The translations under genes and the position numbers were made by a program. DNA of 64,000 nucleotides from Geosiphon pyriformis uo1 (Eukaryota; Fungi; Glomeromycota): NCBI GenBank assembly GCA_016748015.1, contig JAAOMT010000768.1, positions 30,079 to 94,078 of the forward strand, written 5' to 3'. The notes under the pieces are model-generated. The model ran no database searches and had not been told where the DNA came from. It was given only the letters and a program-made list of their open reading frames with translations. Shown piece after piece: positions 52,601 through 64,000 of this stretch (position 1 is the first letter of the stretch; each line of letters begins with the position of its first letter).

Positions 52601-53618
52601 GGCCCAAAGCCAGAGCCATTCAACAAGCAGATGCAAAATCAGTAGCAAATTTCATCTATAAAGACATCATTTGTAGACATGAATGCCCAATAGAACTTTT
52701 ATCTGATCAAGGAACACATTTTGTGAACAATTTAATCCAGAAAATTTGTGAATGATTTAATGTCAAGAGACCATTATCTTCGCCCTACTATCCACAAACA
52801 AATGAACTTGTAGAACATTTCAACAGAACATTGTGTAAATTATTAGCCAAAGTCTCAACCGATTTTGAGCAAGAATGGGATTTCTTTATTCCGTCAGTAT
52901 TACTAGCATATAAAACACTAAAACATAACATCACAAAAAACATACCATTTGACTTAACCTATGGAAAGACAGCAATGTTACCAATTAATTTTACTGTGAA
53001 ACCATACCCAGTGCAGCCAATTAATGAAGAAAACTTTCAGGAAACACTTCGACGAAGAGCCTACAATCTTCTTAGCACATTGGAAAGAAAATGACAAATA
53101 GCAGCCACTTATATCGAACACTCCCAAGCTCAACAAAAAGAATGGCATGACAACAAATTGCCACCAGTCACCAATGAATTTAAAATTGGAAACAAAGTTC
53201 TCTTACACAAAACTAAAGCTGAAAAACAATGGAGTGAGAAATTTGAAAATAAATAGGATGAACCATTCTTTATTTATGAAGTTCTAGGCAATAAATTATA
53301 CAAGCTAAGACTTGATGACAAAATCTTAGCAAAAGTTGCACATAGAGATCATTTGAAACACTATAATTCCAGAAACAATCCTGAACCATTAATTTCACAA
53401 ATTGATACACATTTTCCTTTAATTAATCCCGAAGATATTCCCCGAAATTTAGAACCAATAGTTGTTATTGAACAATCTCCCAACTTGAACACTTAACTTA
53501 AATTTATTATTATAGTTATTTCCTTATAATTTAGAAACAATCTCACAAAAACAAAGCAAAAATAACATTAAAACCCATACACCAAAAATAATTTTCTTTT
53601 ATTTTCAAATCTCTTATA

Positions 53619-54173
53619 ATGACTATTCCTCAAAACATTCAACAATTATCCCAAAAACTAATGTTAGCTTTAAAAACAATATCCGAATTATTCATTATTG
53701 TTACTAAAAACCACATTAATTATACCCAAACAGAAGTAGTTACAAATTTAGCCCCAAATTCACGAAAATATCACCCATATAAGAAGAACACAAGAAATTA
53801 TTCTGGAATTCACTTGCCAAAACTTTTAAAGCTTGCTTTAAGAGAAAACTTAATGCTTATTTTTATTAGTATTCCACCAAATGTTACTATTCAACAAAAA
53901 CTTCAACTGTGTCTTAATGAAGAAAACTACGACTATACTTTAATATATAGATATTTTTACATTGGAAAAACACTTCACAAACAAAAATGGGAGCTTACAG
54001 CAGCAAACCTTACAAAAAAAGCTATTCGGAAGCAACTCCACAATGAATTCAAGACAACAGCTGGATCTAAAAACAGTCATTATAAACTAAGAGCTGCTCT
54101 TAGACTTTATGACCTATTCTACACCTGTGAAAACGTCCTACAAAACCCAATTTTACAGCCTTTGAAAATTTAA
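53619..54173 (+). pseudogene. ORF3 of C (homology continues past the stop to ~54337)
   Basis: 184-aa open frame near-identical to 6657-7211. Confidence 0.75.
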
Positions 54174-54305
54174 TACATTGGAAAGCTCACAGAACTGAAA
54201 TTTTAACAATTTCAGACCAAATTTCTTCAATAATTTTGGATTATTATCTGGAAATTACAGACAGTACTTGGACTTCAATGAAGCTCAGTCTTGAGGAGAA
54301 AGTTA

Positions 54306-55288
54306 TATTACCAGACGAAATTAGAGATATTGTTTAGCATAAAATTACTCTTATAAATCTTATTATTAATTAACATATATTATCATTTCAAATTATCACT
54401 TATTACATTAGCAAAATGTCCGAAATTATTATTTAATTAATAACTCAATTTGTACATAACACAAATGTAACCTAAGTGCAATGATCAATCATGTAATACC
54501 CCAAAATATATAACATTCAAAAGTTTGCCAAAATTTGTAAAAATTTGTAGAAATAATTGATAGTTCACCAAAATATCTAATAGTTTGCAGAAATAACTTA
54601 TAGTTTGCTGAAATGTATTTTTAGTTCAGCGAAATTGTAGAAAAAAGCAAAGTTCAAGTTCATGGAATAGTGTTATAACAAGTTGTATAAAAGAAAAGCT
54701 TCTCTCTTCGAGAAAATATATTTTACTTTAGATTTATTACTTAGAATCATTTCTACACACACAAAAAGAAATAAATATCAAATAATTCAAAAAACCAAAT
54801 TCTTTAATTATTGCACTTGAAAAATCCTTAAAACCCAACTAATATTTTGAAATTGATTAGCTACCAATTTCAGTAAACTGTTAGTGACTCCAGGCTTGGA
54901 TAGAAAACGTTTCCCTTAACAGAATTCTATTTTTTTTACATTTCTTTTATTTTCTTTCTTTTATTTTCTTATTATAATCATTAGGGTAGCCTATAGACGA
55001 GATTCTTATAGAAGAGTTGACTTTCATAGCAAAGTAACTACACATTTTTAGTGAACTTCCAGACAAGCAATTTCTGGGAAAGAGTTGACATTTACTACAA
55101 CATAACTACATGAAGCAACTGGCACAAAATTGGCCATTCTATTTATAAGCCCAGCAGTTCAAATTATAGGAGATAATTTGAAGATAAAATTCAGTTATCA
55201 GAGGTTCAAACACTTTCCATAGTCATGAATTAACAGCATTACAACAAACATACAAGAGCTAAGAAGAGACCAAAAACCTCCGGTAACA
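54306..55288 (+). repeat. 3' LTR of C
   Basis: TATTACCAGA...TCCGGTAACA, preceded by PPT GAGGAGAAAGTTA. Confidence 0.93.
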
Positions 55289-55552
55289 TCACTCACATTT
55301 CTGAGCGATGTGCTATGATTTCTTGAACAATGCTCATATTGCTAAGTAATGTGCTCTAATTTTCTAACATTGCTCCATATTGCTGAGCAAAGTGCTGTGT
55401 TTTTCTGACATTGCTCTACATTGCTGAGCAATGTGCCATAATTTCTGTTATTGCTTTACATTGTTGAGCAATGTGCTTATGTACTACATACTAATTCCTT
55501 ATTGGTCTACTATTTTCCTATATCTGTTTTTTTTTTCTATGAGTAATACCAC

Positions 55553-56160
55553 TCTCAAACAAATAACTTAATGGAATATTTTAATAGAACACTATGTAAA
55601 ACCTTAGCCAAAACCAGTAAAGAAACAAATTTATAAGACAAAATACTGCTTTTAGCTTTGTTTGCTTATAGAACTGTGAATTATGACATAACAAGTTATA
55701 AATTTTTTTATCTGCTCTATGGACACATGACAATATTACTAATAAAAACTAATATTGAAACAATATTCTTTGAAAAAATCATAATAGAAAATTATAAAAA
55801 CATTTTGCAAAAAAGACTTGGTATCATTCTTAACTCATTGATAAAAGCACAAATAATTGCTTTTGAAAAAATAAAACAGTTCCAAGAAAAGCTTAAAAAG
55901 AAGAAAACCTATAAAACACTTTCCTTAAATGTTAGTGACTTAATATTGAAATATTATTTAGACAAAAACAATGTTTATGGTAATAAATTTTCTAACTGAT
56001 GGAAAGGACACTTTTTAATCAACAAAGTTTTGAACAATGGTTTTTATATTCTTTAAAATTAATCTGAAACAATCTTTAATAATCATTCTGTTTATAATAT
56101 ACAACTTAAAAAATATCATAAACGATCTGATTGATTGTCTGTTGTAGTAATACCGATTTA
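55553..56160 (+). pseudogene. Integrase of D, 3' part
   Basis: FNRTLCKTLAK, LFAYRT, WKGHFLI (decayed GPF motif). Confidence 0.85.
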
Positions 56161-56259
56161 ATAATTAGCAAAAATCAAGTATAAATAAATACATTGTTCC
56201 CAAAACAGAGGTATTTTCAATCAACATAAACAATTATTTTTTGGATCAAAACATTCAAA

Positions 56260-56840
56260 ATGTCTTTTATACTTTCCATAAGTATTGGATCAAAAACTAC
56301 TTAAATACTATTCTAATTATTAAAAAACAGACCACTATAACTGATAATAATAGAACACATACTGTTATTAAACCAAAGAAAACCACTATCAAAAAAGAAA
56401 AATTGGTAGCAAAATAGATAAATATTTGTTAGACAGTATAATAGCAGCAATACTTTTACCTTCTAGCACAATTGAAAAAACACTTCAAAAAATCTTGTCT
56501 ATAGACAAAAACTTGTTATATAGAAGACAATTAGAACTCTATGGTTGTTTTAGTGAAATCATAAAAGATATAAAGCTTATAAAGCTCAATTTCAGAAATA
56601 CAGGCAGAAATTTTGGGCATTATACAGTTAGATGTCTCAAAAGTTTTAATTATTGCTAAAAGAGCCAAAACTTTAATACAAAGATTTGGTCTCTTGGATA
56701 TAAAATTTATTTTGCTTCAAGTATTATATACCCTATTTACAAAAAATTTCAACAAACTAATTAGCTTTGAATTAGATAAAACACTTTAATTAGGTTACTC
56801 CATGAATAGTTTGATTTTGCTGGAGCTTAATTTCTTTAAA
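56260..56840 (+). pseudogene. ORF3-position remnant of D
   Basis: ATG-started decayed frame between integrase and PPT, including ORF 56426-56659; only weak resemblance to the other ORF3s. Confidence 0.5.
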
Positions 56841-56848
56841 GAGGATGA

Positions 56849-57597
56849 TATTATGATTAAAATCTATACTTTTTATTAGTTATCACATATATTAGCCACT
56901 GATGTCATATAATTAGCCACTCTATTTTTAGATAATAATTATTGATCTGATTAATAACTTGACTATTAACTTGATCATTGATCTGATCAATGATTTGACT
57001 GTTGACTTAATTATTAATCTGATTATTAATTTAGTCATTGACCTAATTATTGACCATTTTTAATAGCTATATAAGTGATGAATTTTTTAGTTATAAAAAA
57101 AGCATGTTAGAAATACAAGGCATGTCAAAAATTAAAATAAATAAAATAACAACTTTCATTTCAATTCTTCTTTTATTGTTAATTTTTTTTCCTACCTTCA
57201 AGTATCTAAACATTTTGGAATAAAAAATTACTTGTTAGTTATTTCTTACCTTTTTTCTAAAACATATAATTGTAGTATTTGAAAATTATTGAATAAAACA
57301 TGACTGAAAAATATGTTTGATATTTAATATTGAATTCTAAGAGTGCTAATATAAAGCATAGAATTATACCAGTATATAATTATTTGTTGACAATATAAAC
57401 TATCTCTTTACCTTTAGATTCTTCAGTTATTTTTTAAAAAATATAATGATTGAAATATTTTATGAAACTGATCTTACACATTGAATTCATACTTATTTAA
57501 TTCGCTCTTTGAAATTAAATTTCCTTTGATTTCTTTCATCATCTTACAATTTTGTTCTCCCTTGTTATCTATTAGCTTATTATTCCAACTTGTAACA
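56849..57597 (+). repeat. 3' LTR of D
   Basis: TATTAT (decayed TGTTAC)...TGTAACA; matches 25404-26161. Confidence 0.9.
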
Positions 57598-57699
57598 ATA
57601 TAAATAATTATTATATTTAAAATAGCATTAATATAATATATAAATCTTACAATTTGAGACAAAAAAAATAAAAATTATTATTTTAATTATTATTTTTTT

Positions 57700-60560
57700 T
57701 TATTTGTTTTATAAGTACAGCCCAATTTTTATCTAGTATACAAAAATAAATCAAGTACATTAAACTAAATATGGCTTATGTGTTTATTATATATGACTGG
57801 TTACTTAAGCCAATTAAGATTATACTATATATTTATATTGATTCTCAACTTATTAATTAAACCTGAAAAAAACAAACAAGTCTTACATAATCTAAAACTA
57901 ACAGTAAAAGATTCAATAATTCTAAGCAGACAAATCACACTTATTAAGAAAAAGTTAAACAGGCCATTATATGTCTTAAACAAAATTTTTATATTTTTTA
58001 CCAAACCATCCTTCTTTATATTAGTTCTGTACTTTAATTTAAAATTCCATAATCTATTATAATATATATTAACCAAATATTAAACAAAATTAGTCACTAT
58101 TATTACAGTCTTTTTTTTATTCTCAAATCTAAAAGCAGCTTTGCTAATCCAACCTTTAAACACAAATTCTTTATACAAAATATTATAAACACTAATGTTT
58201 AATATCTTTAATAAAAAAGTATACAACACTGAAAAAATTAGTAAAGAACAAAATCCTATCAAAAATGTTTATAATTTGAAGTAATTTAACAAAATTTTAA
58301 AGCATATTGAAATGTCTTTGAACAAGTAAAAACATAATCAAATAGTTTAATATTACTATAAAATAAATACAATACATCTGAGTACTTTTTGTTATAAAGT
58401 CTTTTTTTGATTGCAGTTAACAGTTTTTTATAAACTGTTTTTATTAAATATGTGTAGAGTACTACTAAAAATCTATTAGTATAACCAGAAAGCATATGAA
58501 AATTAGGGTGTTATACTAAAGCAATACAATATTAATTAATAGTTTAAATGAAAAAATCTTATAAAATCTCTATATTTAGATCTGCTTCCTATTAAACATG
58601 ATTAATTGTCTAATATATATTGTAGAAAAAATGCTAAACATTATCTAAAACAACCAAATCATTTGCCAAAATAAATCTTTTATGCATACAAATAAGTAAA
58701 AAATACAAAACTATACTGCAACATTTGTAAAACTATTAGCTCTTAACTTTTACTTATTCAATAAAAATGTTTTTAGATCTAATTAAGTTAGCTACATACT
58801 ATTTTTTAATCTAATATTTATTTCGAAAATTAGATACAAGCAATATGAGCTTTAATACATATATATTTATGACAGCTTGGCTATTTGTATGCAAAATTAT
58901 TGAAGAAAAAAAAAACACACTTCAAAGCCAAATTAATAGTCTACAATTCCAACAAAATTGATAACAGCAAACCAAAAACTTTTATACTTAAATCTACTTC
59001 AATCTTAGAAAAATATGCTGCTACTTCACATATTATATTAACAGTACCTAGATTATACAAAAAATTATTAGTGTAAACATTAATCTCTTCTGTCCAAAGT
59101 TTATATAAACACTTTTAAACATTCAAAAATTTAATTGAGTCATAAAAATCTGAACAGTTAAGGCCAAAGCCATACTTAACAAGTTTGATAAAAGAATTAT
59201 TTATATAAAAAATAGTTTTTACAAACTATACTAGTACTGAGTCCTTTGAACTTAGCTTTTTCTAATGATAAAAAATTTTTTAATTCATAATTAAGCCATG
59301 TTTATTTAATAATCTATTACTAAAAACAATTTTAAGTTGCTTTAAAGAGCAAATTATATCAAAGTAACATAAATTACTTAGAATTTTTAACATAAAAAAG
59401 CAATCAAAAGAATAAAAAACACAAGATAACTCATTAGTCAAAAAAATATTGTTATTCAAAAAAATTCTCATCATGTCTGTCAAAAAATTGTTTACAAAAC
59501 TGATTTTTAGCTTAATAGAAAATTGCAGTAAATTTTTTAATATCTAATCTATAATTTGTAGATTTAGAAACCAGTATACAGATAAACAGCCAAAAATTCC
59601 TATTGTATTAAAAAACCAAATCAATAAAGTCATCTTGGTCTTTGTCTAAAGCTGCTTAAATAATTTTAGCTTATATAATAATAGATAATATAAAATCTTA
59701 TTAGGAAAGTTACTTAATAAATTAGCTTTTAATCTAAGCTCTTTTTTAATTATAACATTCTATTTTTAACATATACTCTTAGACACAAAACTGAATTGTG
59801 TTTAATAATTGAAAATAAGCTGCAAAACTACTAAAACTAAGTAGAAAAATTGTTTATTTGACACAGTTTTTCTGAGAATTATGTTTGAAAAAAATCTAAT
59901 ATTTAAATGTGTCTTAGCAAAATTTGGCTTAAATATACTCTTTAATGACAAAAAAATTCTTAGATATCTGTGAGATTTTCCATGCTTGGCAATAGAAATA
60001 AGCTGACTACTAATGTGTAATAAAGTAGTTATAACTTTTTGGTTTATGAGAATTACAACTTTTGTCTTTTTATTAATACAAATGTTATTAATCTTAAAAA
60101 ACTAATCAGCCAAGTCTAAAATATACTGCATCAAAGTCTGACCAAATTGTGTCATCTATAAAAGCACCTACTGCAAAAAAAAAGTTTTCTTTTTACTGAT
60201 TTTTACTTTATCTGTTTTAGCTACAAAATTGGTATTAATCTAATATTCACACAAATGTTCTTAACATTTAACCTTGCACAATAAGAGATCATAGAAAATT
60301 CTCCAAAAAAGTGATGAGAAAACCTCACCCTGATCCAGCCCATTGTGCATCCTGTAACTATTTGAGAGACCAAAATTTGTTATCACTCTGTTGACCCTGT
60401 TTTTGTGAATGTTTTCAAAAAAGTTAATGAACCTGTTATACATTCTGATCTACCTTAAACTAGACTCTAAATGATGTCACTCAACTAAGTTGTAAGCTTT
60501 ACGCATGTTTTGTAGTATTAACCAAAGCTCTTGCCCTTTTTCTAAAGTATTCTTTACAAT
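57700..60560 (-). mobile_element. Decayed 5'-truncated LINE (RT, probable RNase H, 3' tail)
   Basis: LQNMRKAYN, GLDQGEVFSSLFWRIFYDLLL and AFIDDTIW (~60140-60165) are non-LTR RT motifs. VYTN..LYNLGT at ~59040-59080 is an RNase H-like start. Shared tail and T-run near 57705. Confidence 0.8.
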
Positions 60561-62318
60561 AAAACTAGTAGCAAGAAAAAATAAATCAACTGTTATATAA
60601 AAAAATTTGGTACAAGATAAATAATCATTATGTGCGATCTTTTCTCTTAAAAACAATTTATAATTCATATCGCTTTTAGAAATTGATCATTGTACCTGAA
60701 GTGTTATCGGATTTGCTAGCATGAATTTTACTTTTTAACACGTTAATAGTGTATAAAATTATTATATGTTACATGTAGAAATGGAAAGTTTACTTGTCCA
60801 TACAGTTTTAATGTTATTCAAGATCATAATTGTCAGAATATTATAGCTGTTCATCTATTCATTAAAAAATCTAAAATAGAAAGGTAAAGCTTCTATTAAT
60901 TTGATTTAATTTTATATTATATTAATGATTTACTTTTACTTTTAGTAAATTTATATATCAAAAGTAAATATCTCATTAGTTTATTTAATTTCTTTTAATA
61001 CTAATATTGATATATTATTTTTTCTTGCAAATATAAATTGCAAAGATAATATTTATATTATTTTATACAGTCTATATAATAATCTGTCTTTTCTATATAA
61101 GTATGCTGCTGAATTATCTACAACCAGTTCTTTCAAGTCTTATCTTCATTAAAGAGATGCTAGTAGCTATGCTGAAAATAAGTTTAGATTATTCCAATAG
61201 AGAAGTCTTAAGAATAAAAAGAAAATCTGATTAATATTACAAAAATTCATTCAGCTTCAGAATACAGTTTTAAACAGACTTTATTACAAAGCACAGATTA
61301 CTGAGATTATTGGCAATAGCAAATAATTATAGATATTACCTTTGAAGATTATAATACTAAGCAACATACTCTTTAATTAGTTGATATTATTAGATATGCT
61401 AATAAGCCATTAAAAAAAAATTGAAAATAATATGACTGCTTTTTTTATGATTTTTCTTTTCTAATAATAAATTTATAACTTAATAATTGAAAAAACAAGC
61501 TGTTTTTATGCAGTCAGCTCCAGTAGATAAAAACTCTTATAGTAATTTATTTGTTCATACAATGCTATATGGTAAAAATTAAGAAAGGTTGCACTTAATT
61601 TCTATGTTTCCAATGGATACAAGTCTAACCTTAATTCAAAGCACGTTTGACAACCAAAATATCTATAAACAAGATGTTTCTTTTGCTGAAATTGAACCAA
61701 TTTCGTAAACAAATCATCTTATTTGTATTTTTAAGCTCATAAAACAGAAATGATAGATTGAAGCCAAGATTCTTTGGATTGTGAATTTAATGAAGAAAAA
61801 CAGTTGAATTTATTCAGAGAGCTTTTAAAACAATTTTTTTAACAGTTTTTTCATAACTTCTTGGACCAGAATCTTCTTGCTGTCAAAAATGTAATAATAA
61901 CCACATACAGCTTTGACAATTGCCCAAATAAAGTCTTATTTTCAGTGAATTGGAACGATATTACCTTAATATAAGTTCATTATATATCTTTTATTTTATG
62001 AGACATTTTTGCTTATTTTTTTTATTTTGCTACAGTTAATATATTTATATTAATGTATATAATTTGTAGAAAACTGCAGGTTCCGGTATTATCAGAAAAT
62101 AATTATTTTGAATCTTGTTTTGAATACTGGCAAAATTTTTATATTGTTATATACAGATTAGAATTCAAATAAATAAACAGAAAGACTCTAAAAAATGTTT
62201 TTACAAATGCTTATATGACTGAAAAATGTATATCATTAGAAACTAAAAAGCCTGAATAAAGTGTTTAAATTTTTTTTTCTTTTTTGTTTTGTATTCTAAT
62301 CTTTTCTTAAGTATTTTT

Positions 62319-62743
62319 NNNNNNNNNNNNNNNNNNNNNNNNNNNNNNNNNNNNNNNNNNNNNNNNNNNNNNNNNNNNNNNNNNNNNNNNNNNNNNNNNN
62401 NNNNNNNNNNNNNNNNNNNNNNNNNNNNNNNNNNNNNNNNNNNNNNNNNNNNNNNNNNNNNNNNNNNNNNNNNNNNNNNNNNNNNNNNNNNNNNNNNNNN
62501 NNNNNNNNNNNNNNNNNNNNNNNNNNNNNNNNNNNNNNNNNNNNNNNNNNNNNNNNNNNNNNNNNNNNNNNNNNNNNNNNNNNNNNNNNNNNNNNNNNNN
62601 NNNNNNNNNNNNNNNNNNNNNNNNNNNNNNNNNNNNNNNNNNNNNNNNNNNNNNNNNNNNNNNNNNNNNNNNNNNNNNNNNNNNNNNNNNNNNNNNNNNN
62701 NNNNNNNNNNNNNNNNNNNNNNNNNNNNNNNNNNNNNNNNNNN
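62319..62743. other. Assembly gap (N run)
   Basis: 425 N bases. Confidence 0.99.
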
Positions 62744-64000
62744 ATTAAATTTTAAAAAAATAACATGTAATAATAATATGTATTATTTATTTTTATTAGA
62801 CAAATTAAAGTTGGATCATTAATTTTACTAGAAATAAATACAATATTTAGTTATTGCAAAGTAAAAAATAAATAATTAATTAACTAAATTTTACTTAATT
62901 TTGATATTTTGTATTATTATATTCTAAAAAACTATATTTATTACAAGTGTATTTTATGTATAGTTTTTTTTTTTTTTTAGTAGCAAACTTATAATATTTT
63001 TATTGATATTATCAACTTGATTGTTTTCCAGAACTTGATCTTAATTTTAAAGTATAAGCATTATTTTTTTATATTAACCAATAAATTGTCTTAACTATAT
63101 TATTATCTTACTATAATTGTTATGTTTAATAATAAGTTAAACAGTTTGTTATATAAGTTTTTACACTTAATTATATTTTTATTTCTTCTGTACTACAAGA
63201 CATAAAACATTGATAATAGTTTTAAGTATAATTAAAAAATTTGAAATTACTATTTTATCAAAAAATAATTTTGCAGTCTCTTAATTTATAAAGCAAAAAA
63301 CTTTAGTAACTAAATTATTGTTTCTTTTTTTATTAGTATACTATCATAAAAATATTATTTAAATATAAAATTCTATAATTTTTAAATGTAGTATTACTTA
63401 AAAATAATAGTACAAACAATATTACAAGATATACTAAACAAATATAAACAAAGATAAGAAACAGAATCAACAATTATAATAAAATGTAAATATTTATTGT
63501 TTTTTGGTTATAAATTTGTGATTTTTTACATTTTTTAATGTTTTTTTCATTAATTTTAGCAACTATTAATTTTAATAAGATTTGTTTCATATTATATAAA
63601 TTCTCAATAAAATTATCTATTATATTAGAACTAAAATCCTAAATATCAAAATATTATTAGATAAATAACTTAAAAAAGTACACTAAGAAATAAATTTCTT
63701 TACTTTATTATAAGTATTAATATTAAATAATAATTAACTTATAATAAAATATAGGCATTGTGCTATTTTTAAATGTTTTATAGATAAGATATAAGACATA
63801 AAATATTGAGTTATTTGTTTGTTAGAAAAAAAATATAGCAAATTGACATAATTTTTATATAAGATAAAAGTATACAATATTTAAAAAAACAATTCTATTT
63901 TGTTTTACTTTTAAGTCTTGTGTTTAATACACTAGTAAAATTATATAAACTGCTATTTATTAAAAGCATATATTTAATAATATTGTTAAGATCTTCAATC

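Larger units (their letters stand above)
45730..55288 (+). mobile_element. Ty3/Gypsy element C (family 1), both LTRs present, protease deleted
   Basis: Two LTRs, PBS at 46701, gag from 46733, dUTPase ~49830-50224, RT/RH to TAG at 52063-52065, integrase 52112-~53496, ORF3 from 53619. Confidence 0.95.
31138..55548 (-). mobile_element. Ty3/Gypsy composite E/F (family 2) with three LTRs, inserted in D integrase
   Basis: TSD CCAC at 31134-31137 and 55549-55552; D integrase reads FYH|HSQTNNLMEYFNRTLC across the insertion. Confidence 0.92.
45087..55548 (-). repeat. 5' LTR of E/F, split by C into 45087-45729 and 55293-55548
   Basis: The two parts joined align to 31138-32040; PBS T(A/G)GTGCTTCCTGTGA lies at 45084 downward. 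Confidence 0.88.
25404..57597 (+). mobile_element. Ty3/Gypsy element D (family 3), full length, integrase split by E
   Basis: Paired LTRs, PBS, gag/PR/RT/RH/IN, PPT at ~56838-56848, flanking ATAT/ATAT. Confidence 0.9.

Noticed and set aside
62289-62822. 177-aa ORF in the track
   Set aside because: Artefact of translating through the N gap.

Overview
AT-rich eukaryotic DNA, probably fungal. The repeat and protein types resemble Glomeromycotina/Mucoromycota; that attribution is inference from recall. The window is mostly nested, decayed retrotransposons. Three related Ty3/Gypsy LTR families are present. Family 1: A (<1-8326, +), B (8327-14453, -) and C (45730-55288, +). Family 2: the E/F three-LTR composite (31138-55548, -) and a solo LTR (23010-23893). 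Family 3: D (25404-57597, +). Nesting order is LINE<-B<-A and D<-E<-(F,C), with 4-bp TSDs. The LTR elements have an unusual layout: long gag, protease, Cys-rich insert, dUTPase (families 1 and 2 only), RT, RNase H, then a stop codon. After that come an apparently separately encoded integrase and a conserved non-env ORF3 next to the PPT. Non-LTR material includes LINE remnants and an ORF1-only element, and four of these share one ~130-nt 3' tail. One intact 4-exon host gene (15978-18161, -) encodes a Crinkler-like protein: coiled coil, PD-(D/E)xK nuclease-like domain and kinase. All repeats show heavy C>T/G>A decay, while the host gene keeps its CpGs. An assembly gap lies at 62319-62743. All coordinates were counted by hand, and internal domain boundaries are approximate.
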